From positions 1 to 34,905 of the forward strand of contig CAZWXE010000002.1 of NCBI GenBank assembly GCA_964638045.1: DNA of 34,905 nt, given 5' to 3'. Position numbers and translations under genes: made by a program. Numbering within the stretch: position 1 is the first letter of the stretch; each line of letters begins with the position of its first letter. The DNA comes from an uncultured Ruminococcus sp. Its GTDB lineage: Bacteria; Bacillota; Clostridia; Oscillospirales; CAG-272. The notes beneath the pieces were generated by a model. That model made no database searches and had not been told where the DNA came from. It saw nothing but the letters and a program-made list of their open reading frames with translations. Below are positions 1 to 8,324 of this stretch, piece after piece.

Positions 1-172
1 CTTATCCGCCTATTACGCCTTTGTACCGAGTTTCTGTCCGTCAGGCTACGATTTCACTATCCCTTCTTCTCGCCTACACCTCGCGATGTAAACCTTGGGA
101 GTCGCTTTCGGGTTGGTCGGTAACTACCTCCCAGCGGACTTTCACCGCAGAGCATTGACATGCCCGTCATAC
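1..172 (-). mobile_element. Group II intron, 5' portion (domain I), truncated by the left window edge. No ORF in the visible part.
   Basis: Minus-strand RNA from 172 downward reads GUAUGACGGGCAUG...GGUGAAAGUCCGC...AGUUACCGACCAACCCGAAAGCG...GGUACAAAGGCGUAAUAGG. From memory this parallels the 5' end of the Oceanobacillus iheyensis IIC intron (GUGUGCCCGGCAUG..GGGUGAGAGUCCC..AGUUAGCCUAACGCAAGGG..GGUACAGAGUAAAUGA) and the GUACAAAG element of Ll.LtrB. It lies immediately 3' of a terminator hairpin plus UUUUG, the typical class C insertion context. The 5' boundary is approximate (GUAUG rather than GUGYG). Confidence 0.6.
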
Positions 173-177
173 CAAAA

Positions 178-211
178 GGCAATGAAGAACGCCTCGGCGT
201 TCTTCATTGCC
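178..211 (-). terminator. Intrinsic terminator hairpin downstream of the oxidoreductase gene, potentially bidirectional
   Basis: Perfect 15-bp stem (178-192 pairs with 197-211) with a 4-nt loop. Followed by UUUUG on the minus strand and TTTTC on the plus strand. Lies 27 nt after the minus-strand stop codon at 239. Confidence 0.75.
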
Positions 212-238
212 TTTTCAAATGCATATATCGGAAATCTT

Positions 239-1258
239 TTAAAAATTGTAATCGGGTTGAACGGGCTTTCCGGTTTGGCTGGATTCTACAATGGCGAGGC
301 AAGCGGCAATGGATTTTGCGCCCTGAACGGCGTCCATGGCAACATCGGTTTCATTTTCCACACAGTGCGCAAACACTTCAAATTCCTTCAGTGCATTGTG
401 GTTGTTGACGTCAATCGGAATAATTTGAGGCTCTTTGTTTAAAATTCCGTCCTCATCGGTGGTGTAAACGGTCATTGAATCGGAGGTGTTATCGCAAATG
501 ATGGTGCCCTTTGTGCCGTAAAGCAGGGTCCTCATGGTGTAGGGGCGCTTGCAACCGGTGGAAACGAACACCTTGCCGATGACGTTGTTCGGAAATTTGA
601 TGACGGAAATGGTTGCGTCATCATAGGGAACGGTTTGGAGCAGCTTGTGTGTGCCGTAAGCAAAAACCTCTGTCGGGTCTCCGCAATACCAGCGAAGCAG
701 GTCCACCGCATGGCAACCGCCGCCCACAACACCGTGACGGATGGGGTCCGCACGCCAGTTGTTTTGGTCGGTGACGATTTTTACATAGTCATGTGCATAC
801 TCGGATTCTACATAGTACAACTCACCGATGGTGCCCGCTTCGACGATTTCCTTTGCCTTTACAAAGGCGGGAGTGAAGCGACAAATTTGTCCGACCATAA
901 ACTTGGTGTTGTATTTCTTTGTTGCGGCAATGATGACCTCCATGTCCTCACGTGTAAGCGCCAGGGGCTTTTCGCACATAATATGCTTGCCTGCCGCAAG
1001 GAATTCTTCTGCCATTTCACGGTGCAGCTGATCCGGCGTTGCAAGGATGATGCAGTTGATGTCCTTGTTTTTTGCAAGTGCACGGTAGTCGGTAAACTGC
1101 TTTTCCTTCGGGATGTCCAATTCTTCGCCGACCTTTTGCAGCTTTTCCTCGTTTGTATCGCAAATTGCCGCAATCTCGGCACCGTATCGCATGGCAGCCT
1201 TGGTATGGGATTTGCCCATGCTCATGCCGACTACGCCTACAACCAATTTCGTTTTCAT
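239..1258 (-). CDS. Gfo/Idh/MocA-family NAD(P)-dependent oxidoreductase (339 aa)
   Basis: N-terminal Rossmann segment KLVVGVVGMSMGKSH...ICD and the family motif MCEKPLAL. Start trimmed from the ORF track to the ATG at 1258, which has AGGAGG 8-13 nt upstream. The 1259..1357 extension has no RBS. Confidence 0.85.
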   Translation of the reverse strand: MKTKLVVGVVGMSMGKSHTKAAMRYGAEIAAICDTNEEKLQKVGEELDIPKEKQFTDYRALAKNKDINCIILATPDQLHREMAEEFLAAGKHIMCEKPLALTREDMEVIIAATKKYNTKFMVGQICRFTPAFVKAKEIVEAGTIGELYYVESEYAHDYVKIVTDQNNWRADPIRHGVVGGGCHAVDLLRWYCGDPTEVFAYGTHKLLQTVPYDDATISVIKFPNNVIGKVFVSTGCKRPYTMRTLLYGTKGTIICDNTSDSMTVYTTDEDGILNKEPQIIPIDVNNHNALKEFEVFAHCVENETDVAMDAVQGAKSIAACLAIVESSQTGKPVQPDYNF

Positions 1259-1311
1259 AATTTTGTTCCTCCTGAAAAATAAATGCTGTTTGTTTTTTGA
1301 TTTGTTCTGCT

Positions 1312-2208
1312 TCAGAAAACGGTGACACAAACCAATGCGATACACATGGTTATGCAACCGATGAGATTTTTCAAGGATAGCTTTTCTTTAAAGAAAATGC
1401 AGGAAAACACAACGCTGATGAGAAATACGCCCGCGTTGTCAAAGGTGTAGAGCACGGTCAGGCTCTTTCCCTGGGCAACCAGAAGTGTCAGAAGGTTGAT
1501 TGCAAGTGCAACAATTACCGCACCGGAAAGCAAATAAAAGCAGGAGCGCTTGGTTTGACGAAAGGCGGCAATTCCTTGCTTGGGACTCTTTCGCAACAGG
1601 GGAATCAAGGCAAGTAGAAATGCGAAGAAATAAGTAGTCGCAATCATTTCCTCCTTGTCGGCGACACCGGTGATTTCCTGTTGAACCGCCAAAAGCGAGC
1701 CGTAGATGCCGTTGAACAGTGCAATGCCGATGCAGGAAAGCAAAAACACCTTTTTGTTTGTGAAGTTGTCGGCTTCCTTTTTTTGAGATACCAAATAAAC
1801 GGAAAATAAGATGACGGCCACGGAAATTGCCTTGCCGACGGAGATGCGGTCGCCGAAGCCGATGACGGAAACCAATGTCGGAATGACGATGCCGCCCGCA
1901 ATCATAAACACCATTAAAACGGAGTAGGGACCCGTTGTGGAGGCCTTCATCATACAGGAGTTGTATAGGAACAGGGCAACCGCATTGCAAATGCCGAGAA
2001 GCACGGTTACGGGAGAAGGTGTAAAGGCAAAGCCGGTTACCGCGACGGATACAACCGTGACAACCAGCCCACTGACCACGGTAAACACCGGGGATGCCAT
2101 GTTCTCGGGGCCGGGATAGCTTTCCGAATATTTGCGGGAAAGGAATGATTGCAGTGTGTAAACCAGAATGAGCAAGGCAATCATCAATGCATACAGGGGA
2201 GTACTCAT
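1312..2208 (-). CDS. Multi-pass membrane protein, DMT/EamA-like permease (298 aa)
   Basis: About 10 hydrophobic segments in a two-halves architecture. AAGAGG RBS upstream of the ATG at 2208. Only 53 nt upstream of the oxidoreductase gene, so probably co-transcribed. Confidence 0.7.
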   Translation of the reverse strand: MSTPLYALMIALLILVYTLQSFLSRKYSESYPGPENMASPVFTVVSGLVVTVVSVAVTGFAFTPSPVTVLLGICNAVALFLYNSCMMKASTTGPYSVLMVFMIAGGIVIPTLVSVIGFGDRISVGKAISVAVILFSVYLVSQKKEADNFTNKKVFLLSCIGIALFNGIYGSLLAVQQEITGVADKEEMIATTYFFAFLLALIPLLRKSPKQGIAAFRQTKRSCFYLLSGAVIVALAINLLTLLVAQGKSLTVLYTFDNAGVFLISVVFSCIFFKEKLSLKNLIGCITMCIALVCVTVF

Positions 2209-2239
2209 AAAAAACCTCTTTTTTCTTTTTCTTCAATAC

Positions 2240-2268
2240 ATTGTATCATCCTTTTGCGGAGAAATCAA
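2240..2268 (-). promoter_or_regulatory. Candidate sigma-A promoter for the DMT permease/oxidoreductase operon
   Basis: Minus strand reads TTGATT, 17 nt, TACAAT, with a TGA extended -10. Confidence 0.5.
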
Positions 2269-2318
2269 TGAAATATCCGTAAAACAATTTATAAAATCGA
2301 TAAATTCTTTTTTTCTTA

Positions 2319-2347
2319 TTGCAATTGCGTTTTGAATGTGATATGAT
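2319..2347 (+). promoter_or_regulatory. Candidate sigma-A promoter for the AraC-family regulator
   Basis: TTGCAA, 17 nt, TATGAT, with a TGA extended -10. Lies 48 nt upstream of the ATG at 2395. Confidence 0.5.
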
Positions 2348-2394
2348 AGAAAAAACACCTTACGGACCTCTTTGCAAACAGGAGCTTTGAAAAT

Positions 2395-3234
2395 ATGGAA
2401 CAATATTCGTTGCAGGATTTGCTGTTTGATTTTTATAAAATTTCGGGGATAGAAATTGCCATTATCGACAGGCAGTTGCATGCGGTGGCGGAGTGTCGGC
2501 CGCCCAATGAAACCTTTTGCACCTCCATTCACAAATCCTCCAAATGCCTGAAGCTTTGTCTGCAATCGGACAGCAACGGGTTTCGAGAGGTGGAGCGCAG
2601 CCGCAAGACGTATGTGTACACCTGTCCCTTCGGCTTTTTGGAGGCCATTGTTCCCATTCTTTTCGAAAAGGACGAAATCAAAGGATATTTGTTTTTTTCA
2701 TTCGGTCTCAATACAAAGGAATTGCCGGAAATTTCACCTGTGGAGCGCGCACTTCTGCAAGACGGTACCCTCGGACGCAAGCAATTGGAGACGGACCTGC
2801 AGTCCGCTGTGCGTGCTCCCTTGGAGCAGGTTTCCGCCTATTTGCGTGTGATGGAGGTCATTGCCGAGTATATTTCCCGACATCATTTGCTGTCGGATGA
2901 AAATCAATCTCTCGGAGAACGCATTTGCCGTTACGTGGACCGCAACCTCAATCGGAAAATCACCTTGGCGGAGCTGAGTCACAGCCTTCATTGCAGCACG
3001 GTGACCTTAACCGAGCATTTTCGCCGTTCCTACGGAATGTCCATTATGCAATATGTACTGCAAAAACGCATCGAGCTTGCCAAACGGATGCTGTTGGAAA
3101 GTGATTTGCCCGCGTACGAAATCGCGGTGCGGTGCGGCTTTTCGGATGCCGAATATTTTTCAAGATGCTTTAAAGAAGAGGTCGGAGAGCCTCCGGCGCT
3201 TTGGCGAAAAATCAAAAAGGCGTCCTTGCGATAA
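2395..3234 (+). CDS. AraC-family transcriptional regulator with N-terminal PocR-like sensor domain (279 aa)
   Basis: N-terminal Cys-containing PocR-type region (FCTSIHKSSKCLKLC...YTCPFGFLEA). C-terminal double HTH (LAELSHSLHCSTVTLTEHFRR...EIAVRCGFSDAEYFSRCFKEEVG). Confidence 0.85.
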   Translation: MEQYSLQDLLFDFYKISGIEIAIIDRQLHAVAECRPPNETFCTSIHKSSKCLKLCLQSDSNGFREVERSRKTYVYTCPFGFLEAIVPILFEKDEIKGYLFFSFGLNTKELPEISPVERALLQDGTLGRKQLETDLQSAVRAPLEQVSAYLRVMEVIAEYISRHHLLSDENQSLGERICRYVDRNLNRKITLAELSHSLHCSTVTLTEHFRRSYGMSIMQYVLQKRIELAKRMLLESDLPAYEIAVRCGFSDAEYFSRCFKEEVGEPPALWRKIKKASLR

Positions 3235-3237
3235 AAA

Positions 3238-3301
3238 GGGTCGAATCACGGAAGCACACTGCAGCAAAGCAGCTGCATGCTTCTGCGGTTCGACCTTTTT
3301 T
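3238..3301. terminator. Bidirectional intrinsic terminator between convergent genes
   Basis: Composite hairpin: 3239-3245/3289-3295, 3251-3256/3278-3283 and 3260-3265/3272-3277. Flanked by A5 (3233-3237) and T6 (3296-3301). Confidence 0.7.
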
Positions 3302-3305
3302 GAGG

Positions 3306-4460
3306 TTATACGAGGAACGAGCAGACGATTGCCAATACCGCAAGAAAGGCAAAATTGACGGCGGTGAACAGGAGCAGGTATTTTGACGCATCGGTGTTGT
3401 GCTTGGTGTATTCGCGGAAGGTAATCAGGCTTGCGAGAGATGCAATCAAGGTTCCGGTGCCTCCGATGTTGACTCCCATCAAAAGTGCGGGATAATCGGA
3501 GGTGAATTGCGAAAGTAAAATGGCGGACGGGACATTGCTGATGAGCTGGCAGGATAATGCCGACACCAGCAGAGTGTTCTTTTCCAGCATGGACGAAAGC
3601 AGTGCGGAAACCGCCGGAATGCGTGCCATGTTGCCCGCAAAAATAAAGAAGCAGACAAAGGTTAACAGCAGGGGATAGTCCACCGCCTTCAGGGCCTTCC
3701 TGTCCAGAAATAGCAACGACAAAAAAATCACCGCCAAACCGACCCAATAGGGGATGATGCGAAAAACAATGACGATGGCCAGCGCAAACAGCAGCAACAG
3801 AACGGCGGTTCGCCCCCGTTTTAAGGTGTAGGGACAGCTTTCCGTGCTTTGAAGCGGAGCCTTCGGCAAAAGCAGGCAACAAACCGTAATGAGCGTGATG
3901 GAGAGCAAAAAGGGAGGGAACATGATGCGTACGAATTCCAAGGTCGGAATTTGAAAAAAGCTGTACAGATAAAGATTTTGCGGATTGCCGAACGGAGTCA
4001 GCATTCCGCCCAAATTCGCGGCGATGTTTTGCAAAATGAACACATACGCCATGTGCTTTTTCATTCCGCAAGAGGAGAGAACAAAATAGCCGAGCGGAAG
4101 AAAGGTCAAAAGGGCCATATCATTGGCGATGAACATGGAGCCGATGAACGTGATGTACACCAACGCAACGACGGCATTGCGCAGATTTCCCGTGCAGTCT
4201 ACAATTTTTCTTGCCAAAATGGTGAAAAAATGAACGTTTTTCAGTGCGCAAACCACGGCCAGAACACAGAACAGGCAGGTTAATGTTTTGAAATCAAAAT
4301 AGCCGATGTAGGCACTGTCCGGCGGAACAATGCACGAGGTGAGCAATGCCGCCGCAAAGGCAACACACAGAACGGGATTCTTTTTCAGCCATTGTCCGAC
4401 GGCATCGGCGGCTGCCGACAATCGGTTGTCCGCAGATGAATGTGAAACGTGACGGAGCAT
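3306..4460 (-). CDS. ArsB/NhaD-superfamily (CitMHS/YbiR-like) anion or cation permease (384 aa)
   Basis: Polytopic membrane protein with paired motifs TPFGNPQN and ISNVPSA, typical of this permease superfamily. Start moved to the ATG at 4460 (MLRHVSH...). The ORF-track extension to 4571 runs through a promoter and terminator. Confidence 0.8.
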   Translation of the reverse strand: MLRHVSHSSADNRLSAAADAVGQWLKKNPVLCVAFAAALLTSCIVPPDSAYIGYFDFKTLTCLFCVLAVVCALKNVHFFTILARKIVDCTGNLRNAVVALVYITFIGSMFIANDMALLTFLPLGYFVLSSCGMKKHMAYVFILQNIAANLGGMLTPFGNPQNLYLYSFFQIPTLEFVRIMFPPFLLSITLITVCCLLLPKAPLQSTESCPYTLKRGRTAVLLLLFALAIVIVFRIIPYWVGLAVIFLSLLFLDRKALKAVDYPLLLTFVCFFIFAGNMARIPAVSALLSSMLEKNTLLVSALSCQLISNVPSAILLSQFTSDYPALLMGVNIGGTGTLIASLASLITFREYTKHNTDASKYLLLFTAVNFAFLAVLAIVCSFLV

Positions 4461-4484
4461 TTTTACGGTCCTTTCCGGAGCATC

Positions 4485-4552
4485 AAAAAAAGTAAGGAGC
4501 CCCTTTCGGTTACGGCACGGAAAATGGTTTGCCGTCCGCCAAAGGGCTCCTT
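4485..4552 (-). terminator. Strong intrinsic terminator / attenuator hairpin in the permease leader. It is also the first terminator after addA.
   Basis: Minus strand reads AAGGAGCCCUUUGGCGGACGGCA, a 12-nt loop, UGCCGUAACCGAAAGGGGCUCCUU, then ACUUUUUUU (U7 = 4485-4491). About 21 bp are paired. It ends 24 nt before the permease ATG. Confidence 0.75.
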
Positions 4553-4570
4553 CATGACAAACCGACAGCA

Positions 4571-4599
4571 ATTATACTTCATTTTCGGTCGGATGTCAA
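4571..4599 (-). promoter_or_regulatory. Exact-consensus sigma-A promoter
   Basis: Minus strand reads TTGACA (4599-4594), a 17-nt spacer, TATAAT (4576-4571). Located between the addA stop (4629) and the hairpin. Confidence 0.7.
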
Positions 4600-4628
4600 T
4601 CGGTTTTGTTCAAACAGAATACGAAAAT

Positions 4629-7600
4629 TTAAAAAACGGGTGCTTCCTGTGCGCTTTGCGGAATGCGGATGGATTTTCCGAGGGGGAGTGAATAGATGTA
4701 CATTCCGACGGGGCGCTTTCCGAACAGCTCCTCCACCGCATCGGCGTAGCAGGCAAGCTGTGTGCCGTGCCTTTCGGTCATGCTTTTGCAAAGCAGGGAG
4801 AGATTGTTACGTTCCGCGTCGTCGATGCGGTCGGTTTTGTAGTCAATCAACAGTAGTTCTCCCTCAGAGGTTTCCAGCAACAGGTCAATGGAGCCTTGCA
4901 CAAACACCGTCCTGCCCGACAACAGTCGTTTACGCTCTTCCTGCTCGGTCAACTGTGAAAGCGGGCGGAGCACGCCGAATTTCTTTTCGCGATAGACTGT
5001 TTTGGCATTCAAAATCCATTGGAGCAGCTCGCTTTGACAAAACAGACGAAGCTGCTCGCGGTGAATGATGTTGACGGTGGCGGTATCCAAAAAGTGCCGA
5101 CGGAGCAGGCGGTTGCATTCTTCTTCGATTCCGTTTTGAACCAAAAGACGAAAATCGCAATACTGTAAGAAGGCATGGGTCGCACTGCCGATTTCGGCGG
5201 CATCCGGTTGCTCGGCGGTCAGCATCAGGCGCTCAAAGGAGGGCTGTGATGCGCGCATCAGCTCCAGCTGCGTTCGAAAGGCGTTTTCGTCGTAGTCCTC
5301 CTGCTGCAGGGTGTCCAACAGATTCGGCTTGAGCTTGGATGCCGCAAGCTTGGATGGGACCTGCGCAACCGTGCTCGGTACCGGCGGGCTCCCGCCTTGC
5401 CGTTGTGCGACCTGCGCAAGTCGTGCCGTGAAATCGGAAATTGAGGGGGCGGTGGAGGATGCTTCCGCTTTTTCCCGTTCGTCGGAATACCGCACGCCCT
5501 TTTCGACGGTTCCGTACGGAAGATGAAGCAGTCGGTAAGCGTCCTCGGCCTCGTGACTTCTTTCGCAGAGTGACGCCAGAATCCACGAGAGGAAGCTGTT
5601 GCATTCGAGAATGGAGGAACGGTTGCTTCGCTGTACCAGTGAAGCGGTGCTCAACGCTGTTTCCCATTTTCCGCGAAGGGTGCCTGTGACATACAGGCGT
5701 TCCTTGGCGCGTGTCAATGCAACATACAGTGTGCGAATGCTTTCCTCTGCTTGCTCCTCCAGCAGAGCGAGCTTAACCGCGGAGCGAAGTGCGGTGTCTT
5801 GATGCTGTGCGGTTTCGGCATCGTAAAGCTTGGACGCACAGCCGATGCCCTGACGGTACATCAGGCTTTTTTTTGCGTCGTCCTTGTTAAAGGCGCTGCC
5901 GCAGGAGCACAGAAACACCACCGGGAACTCCAGCCCCTTGGAGTGGTGAACGGTCATGATTTTGACGGCATCCTCTGTCCGTTGAAAGCCTGCCGCGGAG
6001 AGCTTTCCCGCTTCCAGCTGCTTTGTAAACTGTTCGATGAAGCCATACAGGCCGCACCAGGCAGTGTTTTGGTACAGCCGTGCCTGCTCGTACACGAAGG
6101 TAAAAACGGGAGAGTCGCAATATTCCCGTAAAAAGGGCTCGGAATACAGAGAAAACAGGAATCGGTCGGCGGAAAACAGGCAGGCAGCGTCGCGCTGTCT
6201 TTCCAACCATTGCAGCATGGCCTGCGTTTTTTCGCAAAGCTCGGTGCGGCAGGCTTCATCCTGCTTTTGGCGGTTCTCGGTGCAGTATTGCAGCATTGCT
6301 TCGTACAGGGAAAGCTGTGCGGCGTCGGTGCCGCGCATGGCGGAAAGCTCTTCCAAGGTGAAGCCGCCGAGAGGGGATTGCAAAAATTCGGACAACGGGA
6401 GGTCGCGATACGGATTGTCGACGGCACGAAGCAGATTGAGCAAATCCGTCAGCAACGGTTCGCATAGAATTCCGTCCGAGGTGATGCCGAGCACGGGAAT
6501 GCCCAGGGCGGTCAGCTCCGCCTCATAGGCCGCTCCCTGTGCTCTGTTCCGCACCAAAACGGCAATGTCGGAGGGGGAAATCGGGGTGCAATGCTCCGAT
6601 TGCTCCGTGCGCAGCAGACGGGAAATTTCGCCTGCTACGTAAATCGCTTCCTCACGCTCCTCGCCGATTTCCGACTCTGTCGCTTCTTCCTTGCTTTTTC
6701 TCGGCGGGGCATCAAACACCGCAACCGTGACCGGCGCCGCTTCGGATGCCTGCTCCGAAAAAGCGGATTTGGAATACTTGAGGTTGTCCTCCTCCACGTA
6801 TCCGATGCTGTCCGGACATGCGGAAAACAGGAAGGCGCAAATGCGGTTGGTAAATTGAATTACGGGAAGGCTGCAACGGAAATTTTCGGACATGAACACG
6901 CACACGCCGTCGGCGTTTTTCGCTTGCTCGGAGGTGTGCAGGGGCATGCGCTTGCGGTAACCGGAAAAGATGGCGGGGCGGCTTCCGCGAAAGCCGTAAA
7001 TGCTTTGCTTCATGTCACCGACCATAAAGCGGTGCTCTCTGCCGATCAGTTCGAAAATGCGGTCCTGCAAATCGTCCACGTCCTGATATTCGTCAATGTA
7101 AACCGCATCGAATTGTGCCGCCAGTTCATCTGCCAAAGCACTCGGAGAGCCGTCCGGCTCGGTTAACAGCCGGTACAGCATGCGTCGGACGTCGTTGTGC
7201 TCCAGAAGCGAGCGCTTTTTCTTTTCCTCCGTCAGTGCTGCTTCGTAGTCGCGATAAAACAGCTCTAACATTTCTGCAAGCTCGGCGGTTTGCTCCAGCT
7301 GTTGCGCAATGCGTTCCTGCGGCTCCGCAAACAAAGGGGCAATTCTTTTTTGAAGGTCGTCCTTGAATTTTTTCCTCCATTCCTGATAGAAAAGAATTGC
7401 TTCGCTTTTGTCCTTGACGGTGGGGAAGCGGCCGGCAAAGAAGGATTGTACAACGGCTCTTGTGCGCTCGTAGCAATTTTCTTCGATGGCGCCGAGTACG
7501 GCGTTGACGTAGTCCGCATCCGAGGAAATCAGCGAAACGCACCGCACTTCATCCACGGATGAGCGCAGTTTTTGCAGGGTTTTACGGTATCCCTCAAACC

Positions 7601-8306
7601 GTTCACGCACCTTTTCCCGGACGGCATTTCCGTATGTTGAATCGAAAAAGTCCCGTTGTGCGGCGTCGCGCATCGCATCTGCGTTTTTTTTCAAAACGGA
7701 AATTCCGTCGATTTCGGAGGAAAAGCTTTCGTAAAACTCCAAAAGCGTCGCCTCAAGCTTTCCGTCACTGCGGTTGGACATCAGGTGATTGAGACAATCG
7801 GCAAAGCGATTGGAACGGATGCCGTCCAGCGGCGTGTTGCCCGCTTCGTTGCGATAGCGATGATAGTAGCTTTCGATGAGCTCTGCCAAAGCTTCGGACG
7901 CGATGGGGTACATTTCACCGTCGTTTGCGATTCGGAAGGAGGCGGAAATTCCGAATCGGTCGAAGTTCTCTCGGACAATCCGCTGAAAGAAGGAATCGAT
8001 GGTTGAAATTTGCGCATTGCCGAGTGAAAGCAGCTGCTTGGAAAGAAAGCTGTTTTCGGGATGCTCCGCCAAGGCATGATTCAAAGCCTTTGAAATTTTT
8101 GCTTTCAGGTCGGCGGCAGCTGCACGGGTAAAGGTTACTACCAAGATGCGGGAAAGCTCTGTGGGATGCTCCTCGTCTGTCAGCGACCGAATAATTCGCT
8201 CCGTTAACACGGTGGTTTTTCCCGAGCCTGCCGCAGCAGACACCAGCATTGTTTGATTTTTGATTTCGATGGCGGCAAGCTGAGAAGGGGTCCATACCGG
8301 GCTCAT
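4629..8306 (-). CDS. addA: ATP-dependent helicase/nuclease subunit A (AddA/RexA), 1225 aa
   Basis: UvrD/PcrA-type helicase motifs (AAAGSGKT, DEYQD, TVHHSKGLEF). C-terminal PD-(D/E)XK nuclease motif (GSIDLL...IDYKTD). AAGGAGG RBS. Confidence 0.95.
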   Translation of the reverse strand: MSPVWTPSQLAAIEIKNQTMLVSAAAGSGKTTVLTERIIRSLTDEEHPTELSRILVVTFTRAAAADLKAKISKALNHALAEHPENSFLSKQLLSLGNAQISTIDSFFQRIVRENFDRFGISASFRIANDGEMYPIASEALAELIESYYHRYRNEAGNTPLDGIRSNRFADCLNHLMSNRSDGKLEATLLEFYESFSSEIDGISVLKKNADAMRDAAQRDFFDSTYGNAVREKVRERFEGYRKTLQKLRSSVDEVRCVSLISSDADYVNAVLGAIEENCYERTRAVVQSFFAGRFPTVKDKSEAILFYQEWRKKFKDDLQKRIAPLFAEPQERIAQQLEQTAELAEMLELFYRDYEAALTEEKKKRSLLEHNDVRRMLYRLLTEPDGSPSALADELAAQFDAVYIDEYQDVDDLQDRIFELIGREHRFMVGDMKQSIYGFRGSRPAIFSGYRKRMPLHTSEQAKNADGVCVFMSENFRCSLPVIQFTNRICAFLFSACPDSIGYVEEDNLKYSKSAFSEQASEAAPVTVAVFDAPPRKSKEEATESEIGEEREEAIYVAGEISRLLRTEQSEHCTPISPSDIAVLVRNRAQGAAYEAELTALGIPVLGITSDGILCEPLLTDLLNLLRAVDNPYRDLPLSEFLQSPLGGFTLEELSAMRGTDAAQLSLYEAMLQYCTENRQKQDEACRTELCEKTQAMLQWLERQRDAACLFSADRFLFSLYSEPFLREYCDSPVFTFVYEQARLYQNTAWCGLYGFIEQFTKQLEAGKLSAAGFQRTEDAVKIMTVHHSKGLEFPVVFLCSCGSAFNKDDAKKSLMYRQGIGCASKLYDAETAQHQDTALRSAVKLALLEEQAEESIRTLYVALTRAKERLYVTGTLRGKWETALSTASLVQRSNRSSILECNSFLSWILASLCERSHEAEDAYRLLHLPYGTVEKGVRYSDEREKAEASSTAPSISDFTARLAQVAQRQGGSPPVPSTVAQVPSKLAASKLKPNLLDTLQQEDYDENAFRTQLELMRASQPSFERLMLTAEQPDAAEIGSATHAFLQYCDFRLLVQNGIEEECNRLLRRHFLDTATVNIIHREQLRLFCQSELLQWILNAKTVYREKKFGVLRPLSQLTEQEERKRLLSGRTVFVQGSIDLLLETSEGELLLIDYKTDRIDDAERNNLSLLCKSMTERHGTQLACYADAVEELFGKRPVGMYIYSLPLGKSIRIPQSAQEAPVF

Positions 8307-8324
8307 GCTGATGCCTCCTTTCTT

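Noticed and set aside
1-172. Reading the left-edge structured RNA as a cobalamin riboswitch or RNase P RNA, because of GGUGAAAGUCCGC
   Set aside because: No B12 box (GCCACUG-type) and no RNase P GAGGAAAGUCC context or downstream conserved regions. It sits 3' of a gene and its terminator, not 5' of a regulated gene. Collinearity with group II intron domain I is better.
4461-4571. N-terminal ORF-track extensions taken at face value: 1259..1357, 4461..4571, 12424..12480, 13760..13849, 24141..24197, 26925..26966, 27426..27467, 31036..31095 and 31342..31374
   Set aside because: In every case a downstream start has a proper Shine-Dalgarno sequence and matches the N-terminus expected for the family. 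The extensions also run through promoters, terminator hairpins or the preceding gene.
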